36,214 bases of DNA, from the IMG/VR virus record IMGVR_UViG_3300021964_000211, positions 1-36,214 of that record, one strand, 5' to 3'. The stretch is from a virus (lineage: Duplodnaviria > Caudoviricetes). The notes beneath the pieces were generated by a model that worked only from the letters and a program-made list of their open reading frames with translations, had not been told where the DNA came from and did not search any database. Positions 15,827 through 24,072 of this stretch are shown piece after piece; positions within the stretch are counted from its first letter, which is position 1, and the number at the start of each line of letters is the position of its first letter. A program made the translations under genes and the position numbers.

Positions 15827-18800
15827 ATGGGTAGTCAGTTATTCGGTCCTCTCAATAAAGACTCTGATATTAGAGTTGGATATATTGATAGCAAAAACGG
15901 CTTCGTTGAAGGGATTTCTGTGTGTAAGGCAAATGAAATTGCCCAGAAAGATCCTGGAATAGTTTTTATATTTAAGTCGGGCGATAATAAACTTAAGTAC
16001 CTCAACATCAATGAAGTCAACGAACTCACGACTAATGATGTTTTAAATAGAAAGGAAAGTTGTGCTGGAGTAAATCAAAAGGTAAAGGTAGGACCACCAA
16101 AGATTGAAATTATAGGTGGTGGTGGAGTTGGTGCAGTAGGAAACCCTATCATTGGACGCGATGGTTCTCTACTTGCTGTAGATATTGTACGAACTGGTAA
16201 TGGTTATGTATTTCAACCTCTAGTCAGCGCCAATGATGAGTCGGACTATGGTGGTGGTGCAGTTCTTACGGCAGTTCTTGGTGAACTTGTAGTCGAAGGA
16301 GACGACATTGTTATTGTATCTGACGCCAGTGTCACGGAAGGATTAACTTTCACTACTACTAGAACTTTAAAATCAAGGACAGGTACTATTCGTGGGTATC
16401 GTGGTAAAAATGAAACCTTTATCTATCAATACTATGATCGTGCAGATGATTATGAAGAGTATTTTCTCTGCGACAGCACGTTAATCCCCTATGGCAGACT
16501 TTGGGGTCCTAATGGAGAGGATCTTGGAGAGTGGAAACCAACTTCTTTTATTGGTGGATCGGATCCAATTTTAAGAGACGTTCAAGAATTTCAACGTGAT
16601 GTTCGTGCTCTTGAGGGTGGATTTTTCAACACAAGAAAGATCAAACCATCTAGAATATCTTCAAGCGATCAGAATGTTATCGGTGGATATCATCATGTCA
16701 CTGATAAAACATTTGTAGAGAAGGCTTATCCAGACGGTATACCTGCAAATGCTGTTCGCTGGGGCAGTTTTATGAACAAGTATGCTATCTCTCCCAAACC
16801 ACCATCAAATGCGAGAGGTAGTGATTTTGCAGGAACTCTATTTACTTTTGAGTGGAACTTAGACTTCCCAACAACTGGTGAATATAAATTTAGAGGAGTA
16901 AAGGATAACGTAGCAAAACTCTATGTAGATAATCAATTTATTGCTGACCTTGGTCACTTCCAGAGCGGTGGAAATCTAATCAAAAAGTATTATGAAGAAG
17001 GATTGCATACAGTCAAGGTTGAACTACTAAACAAACCAATTTATGAAACCACAAATATTAGTGCTTATGAAACACAAGTCGCTGGAGTAGATTTCATTCA
17101 AAAATCTGATGGCATTTACATGACCGTTGGTGGAAACGATGATGTACAAGTTGCCCTTTCATTTAAATATGATGATAATCCAAACAATGCAGGCACAGCA
17201 GCTACTGAGATAAGAATTCCAAACTCTCCAGGAAGACCAGATCTTATTCTAACTAGACAAAAAGATGATCGTAATTGGAAAGAAAAAGGAAAGGTCAGTT
17301 CTTCTCAAACTTTTGCCAGAAGTGAAGAAGGATATGGTCCAATCATATTCAAAGGTTCTGTCAAGACACCAAAACTTGCAAAAAGAAACACGGCATATGG
17401 ACAAGATTCTATTAAGTATGGCATCATAAACTTATTTGATAGGGATGGTGATGATATAAATGCATCTGTAGAAATTCTCAGTACTACAAACAAACAACAA
17501 TCTAGACCAAAGAAAGTAGTAAAAGGTCCTGATACTGATATTATTACAACTGAAGTATTCAATACAATTGACTGGATTGGTAGATCTGATAGAAAACTGT
17601 GGAGAACAAATGTATATAATAAAGGTGGATTTCTAAATCAATATGGTGTCTGTCCATTTGACACCTCCCGAACACTAGAAGATAATCCATACGCAGGAAC
17701 TCATGTTATTCGGTGGGATGGTATTGATTTTCCCGCAGATGGCAACTACGAAATCGAAGTTGAAGTTGATGATAGTGTTACAATTTATATCAGCAATGAT
17801 GAAGGTGCTGAGGTAGTCATTGATAAGAAAGGATTTAAACCAAGTAGCGATAATTCAACTGGCAAATCCTCATATACTCGTTTCTTTAAAAAAGGAAAGT
17901 ATCGAATTAGAACAGAACTTTTACAAATTCCTGGAGGAAAGTTTGGATTTACTGGTGTTAAGGGAACCAATCCAATGGCTCTTGCTATCAGAATTACTGG
18001 TAGTAGAACAGATGTAACCAGAATCTCTCCCAAATCTTGGAATCAGAACCCAATGGGCGTATCACTTACCATTGATGCTCCCGAACCAATTGTTCCCCAA
18101 GAACCACCTCCAGTTCAGGAGGGTAGATGCCCGCCTAATCCACTCTGGACAACTAGAACTTCTGGTGCAAAAGAACAATGGTATCCAGTAACCCACTCTT
18201 TTCCAGGTAATATAAGATCTTGGTCTGATTTTACAAATAGATATGCAATGTCTCCAATCAAACCATTGGCCCAAGAGGGGACTGATGGTGGTGGAATTGT
18301 ATATCAAAATTCTTGGACTATTGATGTTCCATTTGAAGGGTTCTATGGATTGAAAGGAACTGTAGACAATGGTGGAAGGATATTAATTGACGGTAATGAA
18401 CAAATCGCTGGCGGTCTTGGATTTAATAGCACAAAACCAAGACTTGGTGGGTTTAGAACTAATAGTCCAGACACCAAGAAAGTATTTCTCTCAAAAGGAT
18501 CTCATGTTATTGACGTTGAGGTTATCAATCAAACAACAGTTACTTATGATACGATTATCAAATCGATTTTCAACTCACAAGAGTGGGCGTCTCCTGCCAT
18601 AACAAATGATTTTGTCAATGTAGATTTTAAAGTTACTACCTCTGCACAGTTTGCAAACTCGATTAAGTTTGGTAGTGGTGATGGTGGTGAAGGATTCTCC
18701 TTTAGCAAATCTTATAATGGGTCACAGTTGAATGAACAAACTACTAAGAGATTACAAGCAGGTAAAGTCTATGATGTAACTTTTAATAGTAATAGAGTGG

Positions 18801-20113
18801 ATAGTGTCTCTACAAATGTGAAACTTAGAAGTGCTGGCGCAAGAACTGTTCAGATGGAAGACTATAAGGATAATGATTGGTCAGACTTGGTTGTAACTTC
18901 AAGCGTAGGAGAATTTTTTGATATCAATGGAAAAAATGCAAAGTTTAAGGTAGGTTCAACTTTATCCCCAACTACAGTTAGGAAGAGGGATGGAGCAACT
19001 TATTCTGGTCCTGATCTGTTCCGCTTTAATAATAGAGATTGGAGCAAGTTTATGAACAAAAATAATGTGTCTCCTTTACTTCCCCCTATCGATGAAGAAA
19101 ACTCAAGTATTCTTGGATTCTTTACCTATACGTGGAGCAATGTCAATTTCTCTGAGGATGGACGATATCGTATTAGATTCCAAAGTGATAACGCAGGAAC
19201 TGTTTTCATCAACGGCCAATCTATCTCTAAAAATAAGGGATTTAGAGGTAATCCATCTCCAGAGTATATCAATCTAAAAGCAGGAAGATATGAGATCAGA
19301 GTGGAGGTAGAGAATGCGCCACCAAGTCTTATCTTTAATAATAATCCAACAGGACTTGCGTTGAAGATTGATACTCCCATAAAAGTTCCAAATGCATCTA
19401 AACCATGGAAAACCAACCCCATCGGAATCTCTGCAGTTCTTATTTCTCCTCCTTGTCCAAGAAGAATTGATGGCAGAGGTCTTGTTACTGATGTGATTGT
19501 TGAGAATCCTGGAAATGGGTATATTCCACCCGCACCAAACGAACCTGGATACCCAGCAATTCTTAAACTTAAGGAAGTTCTTGTAAAAAATCCAGGCATC
19601 AACTATAATTGTGGTGTAGATCAAATTGTAGTTGAACCATCCAATGGTGCTGAACTCGATTATGAGTGCGATCCCTTTGGTAGAATCGTTAAAATTAACG
19701 TTATCGTTTCTGGTGGTCCATTTACTGAACAACCAATAATTCGTATGCCATCTACTACTGGTGTGAACTTCCAGGCAGTTCCATTGTTTGAAGTTGAAAG
19801 AGATCCTGTAGCAGCACTGACTGGTGACATACCACTAGACAAACTAGTTCAGGTTACTGACTTGGTTGGTCTCAAGCAGACTGGATATGTTGATGGCAGA
19901 GCATACTATGGAGCAGTCTTCTATAAAGGTGGCATCCGCTATGCTGGATACTTTGAGACCGCAGGACAGCAGATTCAGGTCTATGATACTCTGCAAGAGA
20001 GCATCACTGCTCAGGTCACTACAGATCCATCTGCGATCCTCAGACAGGGTACGGATACTAATAGTAATAACCAACGCCTAGATATACCAGGCACTCCTGA
20101 CGAACTTATCTAA
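15827..20113 (+). CDS. Large virion structural protein with four PA14-like carbohydrate-binding modules
   Basis: Four copies of W...F...G.Y......DN/DD....I....G.(H/Y).I.VE.N, each preceded by F.N.Y..(S/C)P; V.V...G.GY motifs at both ends. Confidence 0.65.
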   Translation: MGSQLFGPLNKDSDIRVGYIDSKNGFVEGISVCKANEIAQKDPGIVFIFKSGDNKLKYLNINEVNELTTNDVLNRKESCAGVNQKVKVGPPKIEIIGGGGVGAVGNPIIGRDGSLLAVDIVRTGNGYVFQPLVSANDESDYGGGAVLTAVLGELVVEGDDIVIVSDASVTEGLTFTTTRTLKSRTGTIRGYRGKNETFIYQYYDRADDYEEYFLCDSTLIPYGRLWGPNGEDLGEWKPTSFIGGSDPILRDVQEFQRDVRALEGGFFNTRKIKPSRISSSDQNVIGGYHHVTDKTFVEKAYPDGIPANAVRWGSFMNKYAISPKPPSNARGSDFAGTLFTFEWNLDFPTTGEYKFRGVKDNVAKLYVDNQFIADLGHFQSGGNLIKKYYEEGLHTVKVELLNKPIYETTNISAYETQVAGVDFIQKSDGIYMTVGGNDDVQVALSFKYDDNPNNAGTAATEIRIPNSPGRPDLILTRQKDDRNWKEKGKVSSSQTFARSEEGYGPIIFKGSVKTPKLAKRNTAYGQDSIKYGIINLFDRDGDDINASVEILSTTNKQQSRPKKVVKGPDTDIITTEVFNTIDWIGRSDRKLWRTNVYNKGGFLNQYGVCPFDTSRTLEDNPYAGTHVIRWDGIDFPADGNYEIEVEVDDSVTIYISNDEGAEVVIDKKGFKPSSDNSTGKSSYTRFFKKGKYRIRTELLQIPGGKFGFTGVKGTNPMALAIRITGSRTDVTRISPKSWNQNPMGVSLTIDAPEPIVPQEPPPVQEGRCPPNPLWTTRTSGAKEQWYPVTHSFPGNIRSWSDFTNRYAMSPIKPLAQEGTDGGGIVYQNSWTIDVPFEGFYGLKGTVDNGGRILIDGNEQIAGGLGFNSTKPRLGGFRTNSPDTKKVFLSKGSHVIDVEVINQTTVTYDTIIKSIFNSQEWASPAITNDFVNVDFKVTTSAQFANSIKFGSGDGGEGFSFSKSYNGSQLNEQTTKRLQAGKVYDVTFNSNRVDSVSTNVKLRSAGARTVQMEDYKDNDWSDLVVTSSVGEFFDINGKNAKFKVGSTLSPTTVRKRDGATYSGPDLFRFNNRDWSKFMNKNNVSPLLPPIDEENSSILGFFTYTWSNVNFSEDGRYRIRFQSDNAGTVFINGQSISKNKGFRGNPSPEYINLKAGRYEIRVEVENAPPSLIFNNNPTGLALKIDTPIKVPNASKPWKTNPIGISAVLISPPCPRRIDGRGLVTDVIVENPGNGYIPPAPNEPGYPAILKLKEVLVKNPGINYNCGVDQIVVEPSNGAELDYECDPFGRIVKINVIVSGGPFTEQPIIRMPSTTGVNFQAVPLFEVERDPVAALTGDIPLDKLVQVTDLVGLKQTGYVDGRAYYGAVFYKGGIRYAGYFETAGQQIQVYDTLQESITAQVTTDPSAILRQGTDTNSNNQRLDIPGTPDELI

Positions 20114-20121
20114 TATAAAAC

Positions 20122-20742
20122 ATGGCAACACCACAAAATAGAAGTAACACAAAGGCAGGTCAAGGTCAGGATTCTTCAAAGAAGAACTACACAGCCATTC
20201 GCTACGGTAACGATCATGGTGAACTTCGCTTTGGTCAAATTGATAAGCAGGGAAGGGTAACTGCAGGTGTTCAACTGAATGCTAAGGAAGGAACCCATAC
20301 CTTTAGTATGGATAATGATGGTGAGAGGGAAGGTTGGACTACAAGTATCTCTCCAGGCCACCTACAAATGCAATGTGGAAGGGACTCAAAGAAAGAAGAA
20401 GATTCTATGATCTTATATGCAGATAATGGTAATATCATTATCAATGCTGGTAACGGTAATATTAGATTTATTGCAAATAATGTAGAGTTTACTGTAAAGG
20501 GTGATGATGGATCTGAAGGAAACTTTATAGTCAATGCTTCAGAAAGTATTCTTCTTGATTCCAAAAAGATTCAAGGAACTGCAAAGAACTTTCTAAAATG
20601 GCAAACTCCTGCTAAGATGGAGATATGTGCTAATGAAAATTTAAAACTATATGGAGGACTTATCCGTGGAGTCACTGATGCTGTCTCAAGTAAGGATAGT
20701 AAACTTGGCGGCAAAAACTTCTGGACAGAACAACAAGCATAG
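20122..20742 (+). CDS. Putative gp5 C-terminal beta-helix (spike) protein
   Basis: Short beta-strand periodicity (ADNGNIIINAGNGNIRFIANNVEF, GNFIVNASESI) resembling gp5/gpV spikes; lies downstream of the gp5 N-domain gene. Confidence 0.5.
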   Translation: MATPQNRSNTKAGQGQDSSKKNYTAIRYGNDHGELRFGQIDKQGRVTAGVQLNAKEGTHTFSMDNDGEREGWTTSISPGHLQMQCGRDSKKEEDSMILYADNGNIIINAGNGNIRFIANNVEFTVKGDDGSEGNFIVNASESILLDSKKIQGTAKNFLKWQTPAKMEICANENLKLYGGLIRGVTDAVSSKDSKLGGKNFWTEQQA

Positions 20743-20752
20743 GAGAATATAA

Positions 20753-21613
20753 ATGTCTTTTTTATTTGATGATATTGCACTTGGAGGCCAGCAATGTGTT
20801 GGTGTAGGATTTCCTATCTCACTTGGTCTTGGAGATGCAAAGATTAGAGGTTCATCATTCATTGAAGGTCCTCAATTAGTCGGTACTGCTGCAGCATATC
20901 CATTCCCATATGCAACTTTAATGGTTGCACCAATAGCTAATAGTGATTCTCCGAAACCAGTTGTTCCTGGTACATTGAGTGTTTTTCCTGGTGGTGGAGG
21001 GGGAAATAGTTCACCATATTCATTATCTGTTTTGGGTGGTGGTGCTGTATTTGGCAATCTTGATGTCCAAGGTCATATCACTGCAGCGATTGACCTCAAT
21101 GCACAGAAAGAAGTTTGGGGAATGAGTGGCAGGCATTGGCTTTCTAATAAGAAAGACCTTCCATTCGACATGCCCCATCCCAATAAGAAAGGATGGAGAC
21201 TTCGCCACGTTTGTATTGAAGGTCCAGAGATTGCTGTCTATTGCCGAGGAAAAGTTTCTGGGAATGGTGTGATTGAACTTCCTTCATTCTGGGATGGTCT
21301 TGTGAATCCAGAAGATATGTCTATCAGTCTGACTCCTATTGGAAGTTGGCAAGAATTATTTGTTAAAGAGATTGTATTTGGCAAACAAGTTATTGTAAGA
21401 AACAATGCAGGAGGTCCAATCAATGCAGACTACTATATTGTAGCCCGTAGACTTGATGACGATCTTATTGTAGAATATGAAGGAGAATCTCATGAAGATT
21501 ACCCAGGAGGTAATGAAGGGTACTCATTCAACTTCGAGCATAATTATGTTGAGAACATGATTAGAGGAATGGTAAATCAAAAAGTAGAACAAATTGGAGA
21601 GGAAAAAGACTAA
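20753..21613 (+). CDS. Structural protein with a C-terminal putative intramolecular chaperone domain (paralog 1)
   Basis: K..PFDMPHP.K.GWRLRHVCIEGPE..VY.RG...I.LP..W..LV....SI.LTP.G motif. Confidence 0.55.
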   Translation: MSFLFDDIALGGQQCVGVGFPISLGLGDAKIRGSSFIEGPQLVGTAAAYPFPYATLMVAPIANSDSPKPVVPGTLSVFPGGGGGNSSPYSLSVLGGGAVFGNLDVQGHITAAIDLNAQKEVWGMSGRHWLSNKKDLPFDMPHPNKKGWRLRHVCIEGPEIAVYCRGKVSGNGVIELPSFWDGLVNPEDMSISLTPIGSWQELFVKEIVFGKQVIVRNNAGGPINADYYIVARRLDDDLIVEYEGESHEDYPGGNEGYSFNFEHNYVENMIRGMVNQKVEQIGEEKD

Positions 21614-22266
21614 TGGAATTCGTACCAGGTACAAGACCGCCAGGTCCAGATTGTGAAGATCGTGCCGCATATGGGATAGCATCAAATCTAGATCAGTATA
21701 TTGCGAAACCGTTTATTATTGCTGAGGAAGACTATCCTGAGGATGCTTGTGCCCCATACAAATATCATACAGCAAAGATTGATAACTGGGAAGTGACTGC
21801 TGAGATGACTGGTGCCTGTGATATTAATATTACAGGTGAAATTACTGCTTCTGAAGTAACTGCTGACGGTATAACTCTTACTTCAAGAAAATCATTTGAT
21901 ATTCCACACCCAACAAAAGAAGGATATAGACTTCGCCACATTTGCCTGGAGGGCCCAGAGTCTGGAGTGTACTTTCGTGGAAGAGTAAAGGGAAAAGAGA
22001 TTGCTCTCCCAAACTATTGGAAGGATCTTGTTCATACTGATTCAATCACTGTAAATCTTACTCCTGTTGGTGCTCATCAAAACGTGATTGTAAAGCGTTG
22101 GGATGAAGAGAAGATCTATCTCCAATCTCAAGGTGGTATGCCAATCGATTGCTTCTACCATGTATATGGTGAGCGTAAGGATGGTGAGAAACTCATCGTG
22201 GAGTATCAAGGCAAGGGTATTGAGGACTATCCAGGCGACAACACCCAGTACACCTGCAACAAATAG
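21613..22266 (+). CDS. Structural protein with a C-terminal putative intramolecular chaperone domain (paralog 2)
   Basis: KSFDIPHPTKEGYRLRHICLEGPESGVYFRG...I.LP.YW..LV...SITVNLTP.G; TAATG overlap with paralog 1. Confidence 0.55.
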   Translation: MEFVPGTRPPGPDCEDRAAYGIASNLDQYIAKPFIIAEEDYPEDACAPYKYHTAKIDNWEVTAEMTGACDINITGEITASEVTADGITLTSRKSFDIPHPTKEGYRLRHICLEGPESGVYFRGRVKGKEIALPNYWKDLVHTDSITVNLTPVGAHQNVIVKRWDEEKIYLQSQGGMPIDCFYHVYGERKDGEKLIVEYQGKGIEDYPGDNTQYTCNK

Positions 22267-22267
22267 G

Positions 22268-22296
22268 TTGACACGACTGTCTGGATGCCCTATAAT
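22268..22296 (+). promoter_or_regulatory. Perfect sigma70 early promoter
   Basis: TTGACA (22268-22273), 17-nt spacer, TATAAT (22291-22296). Confidence 0.9.
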
Positions 22297-22319
22297 GGGC
22301 AGACATACAAACAAACTTC

Positions 22320-22502
22320 ATGCAAGACGAATTCCTGACCCGCTGTGTCGTTGATCCTCTTAAGCGGAAGTTCTATCTGTATTCAAGTGAAGGTGATGAG
22401 CGTACCGTAGACTGTGAAACCATGGAGCAGTTCATGAACGTACTTGAACTCGTCCGTGACATTACCCCTGATGACGTGTTGGCGTATGCCAACCCCCTCT
22501 GA
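22320..22502 (+). CDS. Small conserved cyanophage hypothetical protein (early)
   Basis: 60-aa ORF directly behind the consensus promoter; motif FYLYS.EG....VDC....QFM.VL. Confidence 0.75.
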   Translation: MQDEFLTRCVVDPLKRKFYLYSSEGDERTVDCETMEQFMNVLELVRDITPDDVLAYANPL

Positions 22503-22534
22503 CCTAAATTAGCTTTAGCTTCCATAATCGGGCG

Positions 22535-22573
22535 GAAAAAACCCCGGCAAAAAAATGACCCTGTTAAGTTTTT
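22535..22573 (+). repeat. Intergenic motif copy 2: A-tract followed by CCGGCAAAAAAATGACCCTGTTA
   Basis: Matches the motif at 313-352. Confidence 0.8.
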
Positions 22574-22738
22574 ATGAACATTTATTCGCCCGATCTTTAT
22601 AATAAAATCTTAGAATGTTATGAGTATGAGATCCGAAACCCGTCAGTCTATGGAAATGTTATTTGCCGCGAAATGGAACTTACCAAAAGCGGCGGACAAT
22701 TGCAACTTAACTTGCAAAGAGATGAAAATTACATTTAA
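22574..22738 (+). CDS. Possible 54-aa ORF overlapping the next gene in another frame
   Basis: MNIYSPDLYNKILECYEYEIRNPSVYGNVICREMELTKSGGQLQLNLQRDENYI. Its ATG is the same distance from the repeated motif as the gp59 ATG is from copy 1. Confidence 0.35.
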   Translation: MNIYSPDLYNKILECYEYEIRNPSVYGNVICREMELTKSGGQLQLNLQRDENYI

Positions 22739-22796
22739 TGAATATTGTCGTCTAAATCCTCCAACATATGATGAAGCAGGTGAGTTGATCGCCTAA
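22620..22796 (+). CDS. Small cyanophage hypothetical protein, possibly HTH-like (absent from the ORF track)
   Basis: MSMRSETRQSMEMLFAAKWNLPKAADNCNLTCKEMKITFNEYCRLNPPTYDEAGELIA; I recall the WNLPKAA...LT.KEMKITF pattern from cyanophages. Alternative start at 22626. Confidence 0.65.
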   Translation: MSMRSETRQSMEMLFAAKWNLPKAADNCNLTCKEMKITFNEYCRLNPPTYDEAGELIA

Positions 22797-22802
22797 TTTT
22801 TT

Positions 22803-22887
22803 GGGGGATTGTCGTAATTGGTAGCCGAGCCGAACTTAAAATTCGTTGGACGTGTCGTCCGTGCGGGTTCAAATCCCGCATCCCCTA
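22803..22887 (+). tRNA. tRNA-Leu(UAA), type II with long variable arm; CCA not encoded
   Basis: Acceptor GGGGGAT/ATCCCCT; D-arm TCG/CGA with GG; anticodon arm CGAA-CTTAAAA-TTCG; variable arm GGACG/CGTCC; T-arm GCGGG-TTCAAAT-CCCGC; discriminator A. Confidence 0.92.
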
Positions 22888-22933
22888 TTGACTTAAAATC
22901 AATACAGTGTGGGTTCGACTCCCACTACTCCTA
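22887..22933 (+). pseudogene. Orphan 3' half of a second tRNA with a UAA anticodon
   Basis: Anticodon arm ATTGA-CTTAAAA-TCAAT, short variable region, T-arm GTGGG-TTCGACT-CCCAC, then TACTCCT-A. No D-arm or 5' acceptor strand is present. Confidence 0.75.
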
Positions 22934-22934
22934 T

Positions 22935-22941
22935 CTAAATA
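22935..22941 (+). promoter_or_regulatory. Possible late promoter CTAAATA
   Basis: Lies 16 nt upstream of the ATG at 22958. Confidence 0.45.
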
Positions 22942-22957
22942 TCCAAAAAGGTATCAT

Positions 22958-23233
22958 ATGAAATACCGTATAGACACGAAATATTGTTGGTATAACAATA
23001 AGATGAGTATTGTCTTAATGTATTTCATTCAAGGAATCCCATTTACTTTTGATGATTTGCCGCATGGATCTTTATATTTGTATGAAATAATAGAAGCAGC
23101 AAATAATGAAAAATCTTGGGAACTTGATGAAGTTTACAGAGCTTCTTCATATCTTATTGAAGAAGGTTGCCATCCTTTGATGTTTGAATTAGAATTAGAA
23201 AATCCTGAACTTTTGCCCGTAGATACAGAATGA
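22958..23233 (+). CDS. Conserved cyanophage hypothetical protein
   Basis: MKYRIDTKYCWY...IVLMYFI.GIPFTFD.L...YL.EE..HPL.F. ATG 22958 follows AAGGT and is preferred because the GTG at 22907 lies inside the half-tRNA. Confidence 0.75.
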   Translation: MKYRIDTKYCWYNNKMSIVLMYFIQGIPFTFDDLPHGSLYLYEIIEAANNEKSWELDEVYRASSYLIEEGCHPLMFELELENPELLPVDTE

Positions 23234-23412
23234 AAATTAATCTTTGGTACTCTAAGAGTATGAGCCAATGGAGATGGACTCTCTGTGAAGAATTTGAGAA
23301 TGGTGTTACGAAAGTAGAACAACATGCCGGACAACGTGAAGAATTGCGAGATGCAATGAATGATGTAGCTAATACTGTAGAATATATTCTTGAAGAAAAA
23401 AGTGAAAACTGA
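23230..23412 (+). CDS. Small conserved cyanophage hypothetical protein
   Basis: MKINLWYS..M.QWRWTL...G....LR.AM.DVA.TVEY; ATGA coupling to the previous gene. Confidence 0.75.
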   Translation: MKINLWYSKSMSQWRWTLCEEFENGVTKVEQHAGQREELRDAMNDVANTVEYILEEKSEN

Positions 23413-24016
23413 TTTCTATATTGATAGGGTAGATAAGGAGAGTTGTAAAAACTTACTATACACTCATCATTATCTAAAAGACGAATCAAAGGACTTTAAG
23501 TCGGGATATAATTATGGACTTTTTAGACACACCGATTGGGACTGTCCTCTTAATATTGGTGGGTGTCTTGCCGTTTGTATTTTTACTGGGCTCCCTGTTC
23601 CAGAAATTGCCAAAGGAGCATTCGGATTAGAAAGAGATGAACAGGATGGATTATTTGAATTATCTAGATTGTGCGTTGACCCAGAACTTCAAAAAGAGGA
23701 GTATAATATTACTTCCTGGTTTGTAAGTCGGTGTATAAAAAGATTTCGTAAAGATGCAAATGTTCGCTCTATTCTTAGTTATGCTGACTCTGCTCACCAT
23801 AGTGGAATCATTTACAGAGCTTGCAATTTCAAATACTATGGGTTGACAGATCCTAAGAAAGACTTCTATTATAGTGATGGAACAAAACACTCCCGTGGTT
23901 CAATAAAGGGTGCGGATGGTAAATGGCGTAATAGAAGTCAAAAACACCGTTATTTGTTGGTATTTGACAAATCTCTCAGAATCTTGTGGAAAGATCAAAA
24001 GTATGCTACTATATAA
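23402..24016 (+). CDS. Mom-like (GNAT-fold) DNA adenine modification protein
   Basis: HHYL, YGLF, V.IF, ELSRL, N..SWFVSR.IK, ILSYADS...H.G.IY.A.NF.Y.G and KHRY motifs, as in the Mu Mom family. Start uncertain (GTG 23402 or TTG 23390). Confidence 0.75.
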   Translation: MKTDFYIDRVDKESCKNLLYTHHYLKDESKDFKSGYNYGLFRHTDWDCPLNIGGCLAVCIFTGLPVPEIAKGAFGLERDEQDGLFELSRLCVDPELQKEEYNITSWFVSRCIKRFRKDANVRSILSYADSAHHSGIIYRACNFKYYGLTDPKKDFYYSDGTKHSRGSIKGADGKWRNRSQKHRYLLVFDKSLRILWKDQKYATI

Positions 24017-24034
24017 AGATGTGAAGGAAGTGCG

Positions 24035-24066
24035 AAAAGGGTGATCCTCTGGGGTCACCCTTTTTT
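24035..24066 (+). terminator. Rho-independent terminator, potentially bidirectional
   Basis: AAAA-GGGTGATCC-TCTG-GGGTCACCC-TTTTTT. Confidence 0.88.
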
Positions 24067-24072
24067 CATGTG

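Noticed and set aside
22803-22933. Prophage att site formed by a tRNA 3' duplication
   Set aside because: The two tRNA-like 3' ends differ in sequence and abut with no intervening element, and there is no integrase in the window.
22907-22957. GTG-started N-terminal extension (MWVRLPLLL...) of the 22958 ORF
   Set aside because: It is translation of the half-tRNA T-arm; ATG 22958 has the better context.
23964-23992. TTGACA near the end of the Mom-like gene
   Set aside because: No -10 element at 16-18 nt spacing.
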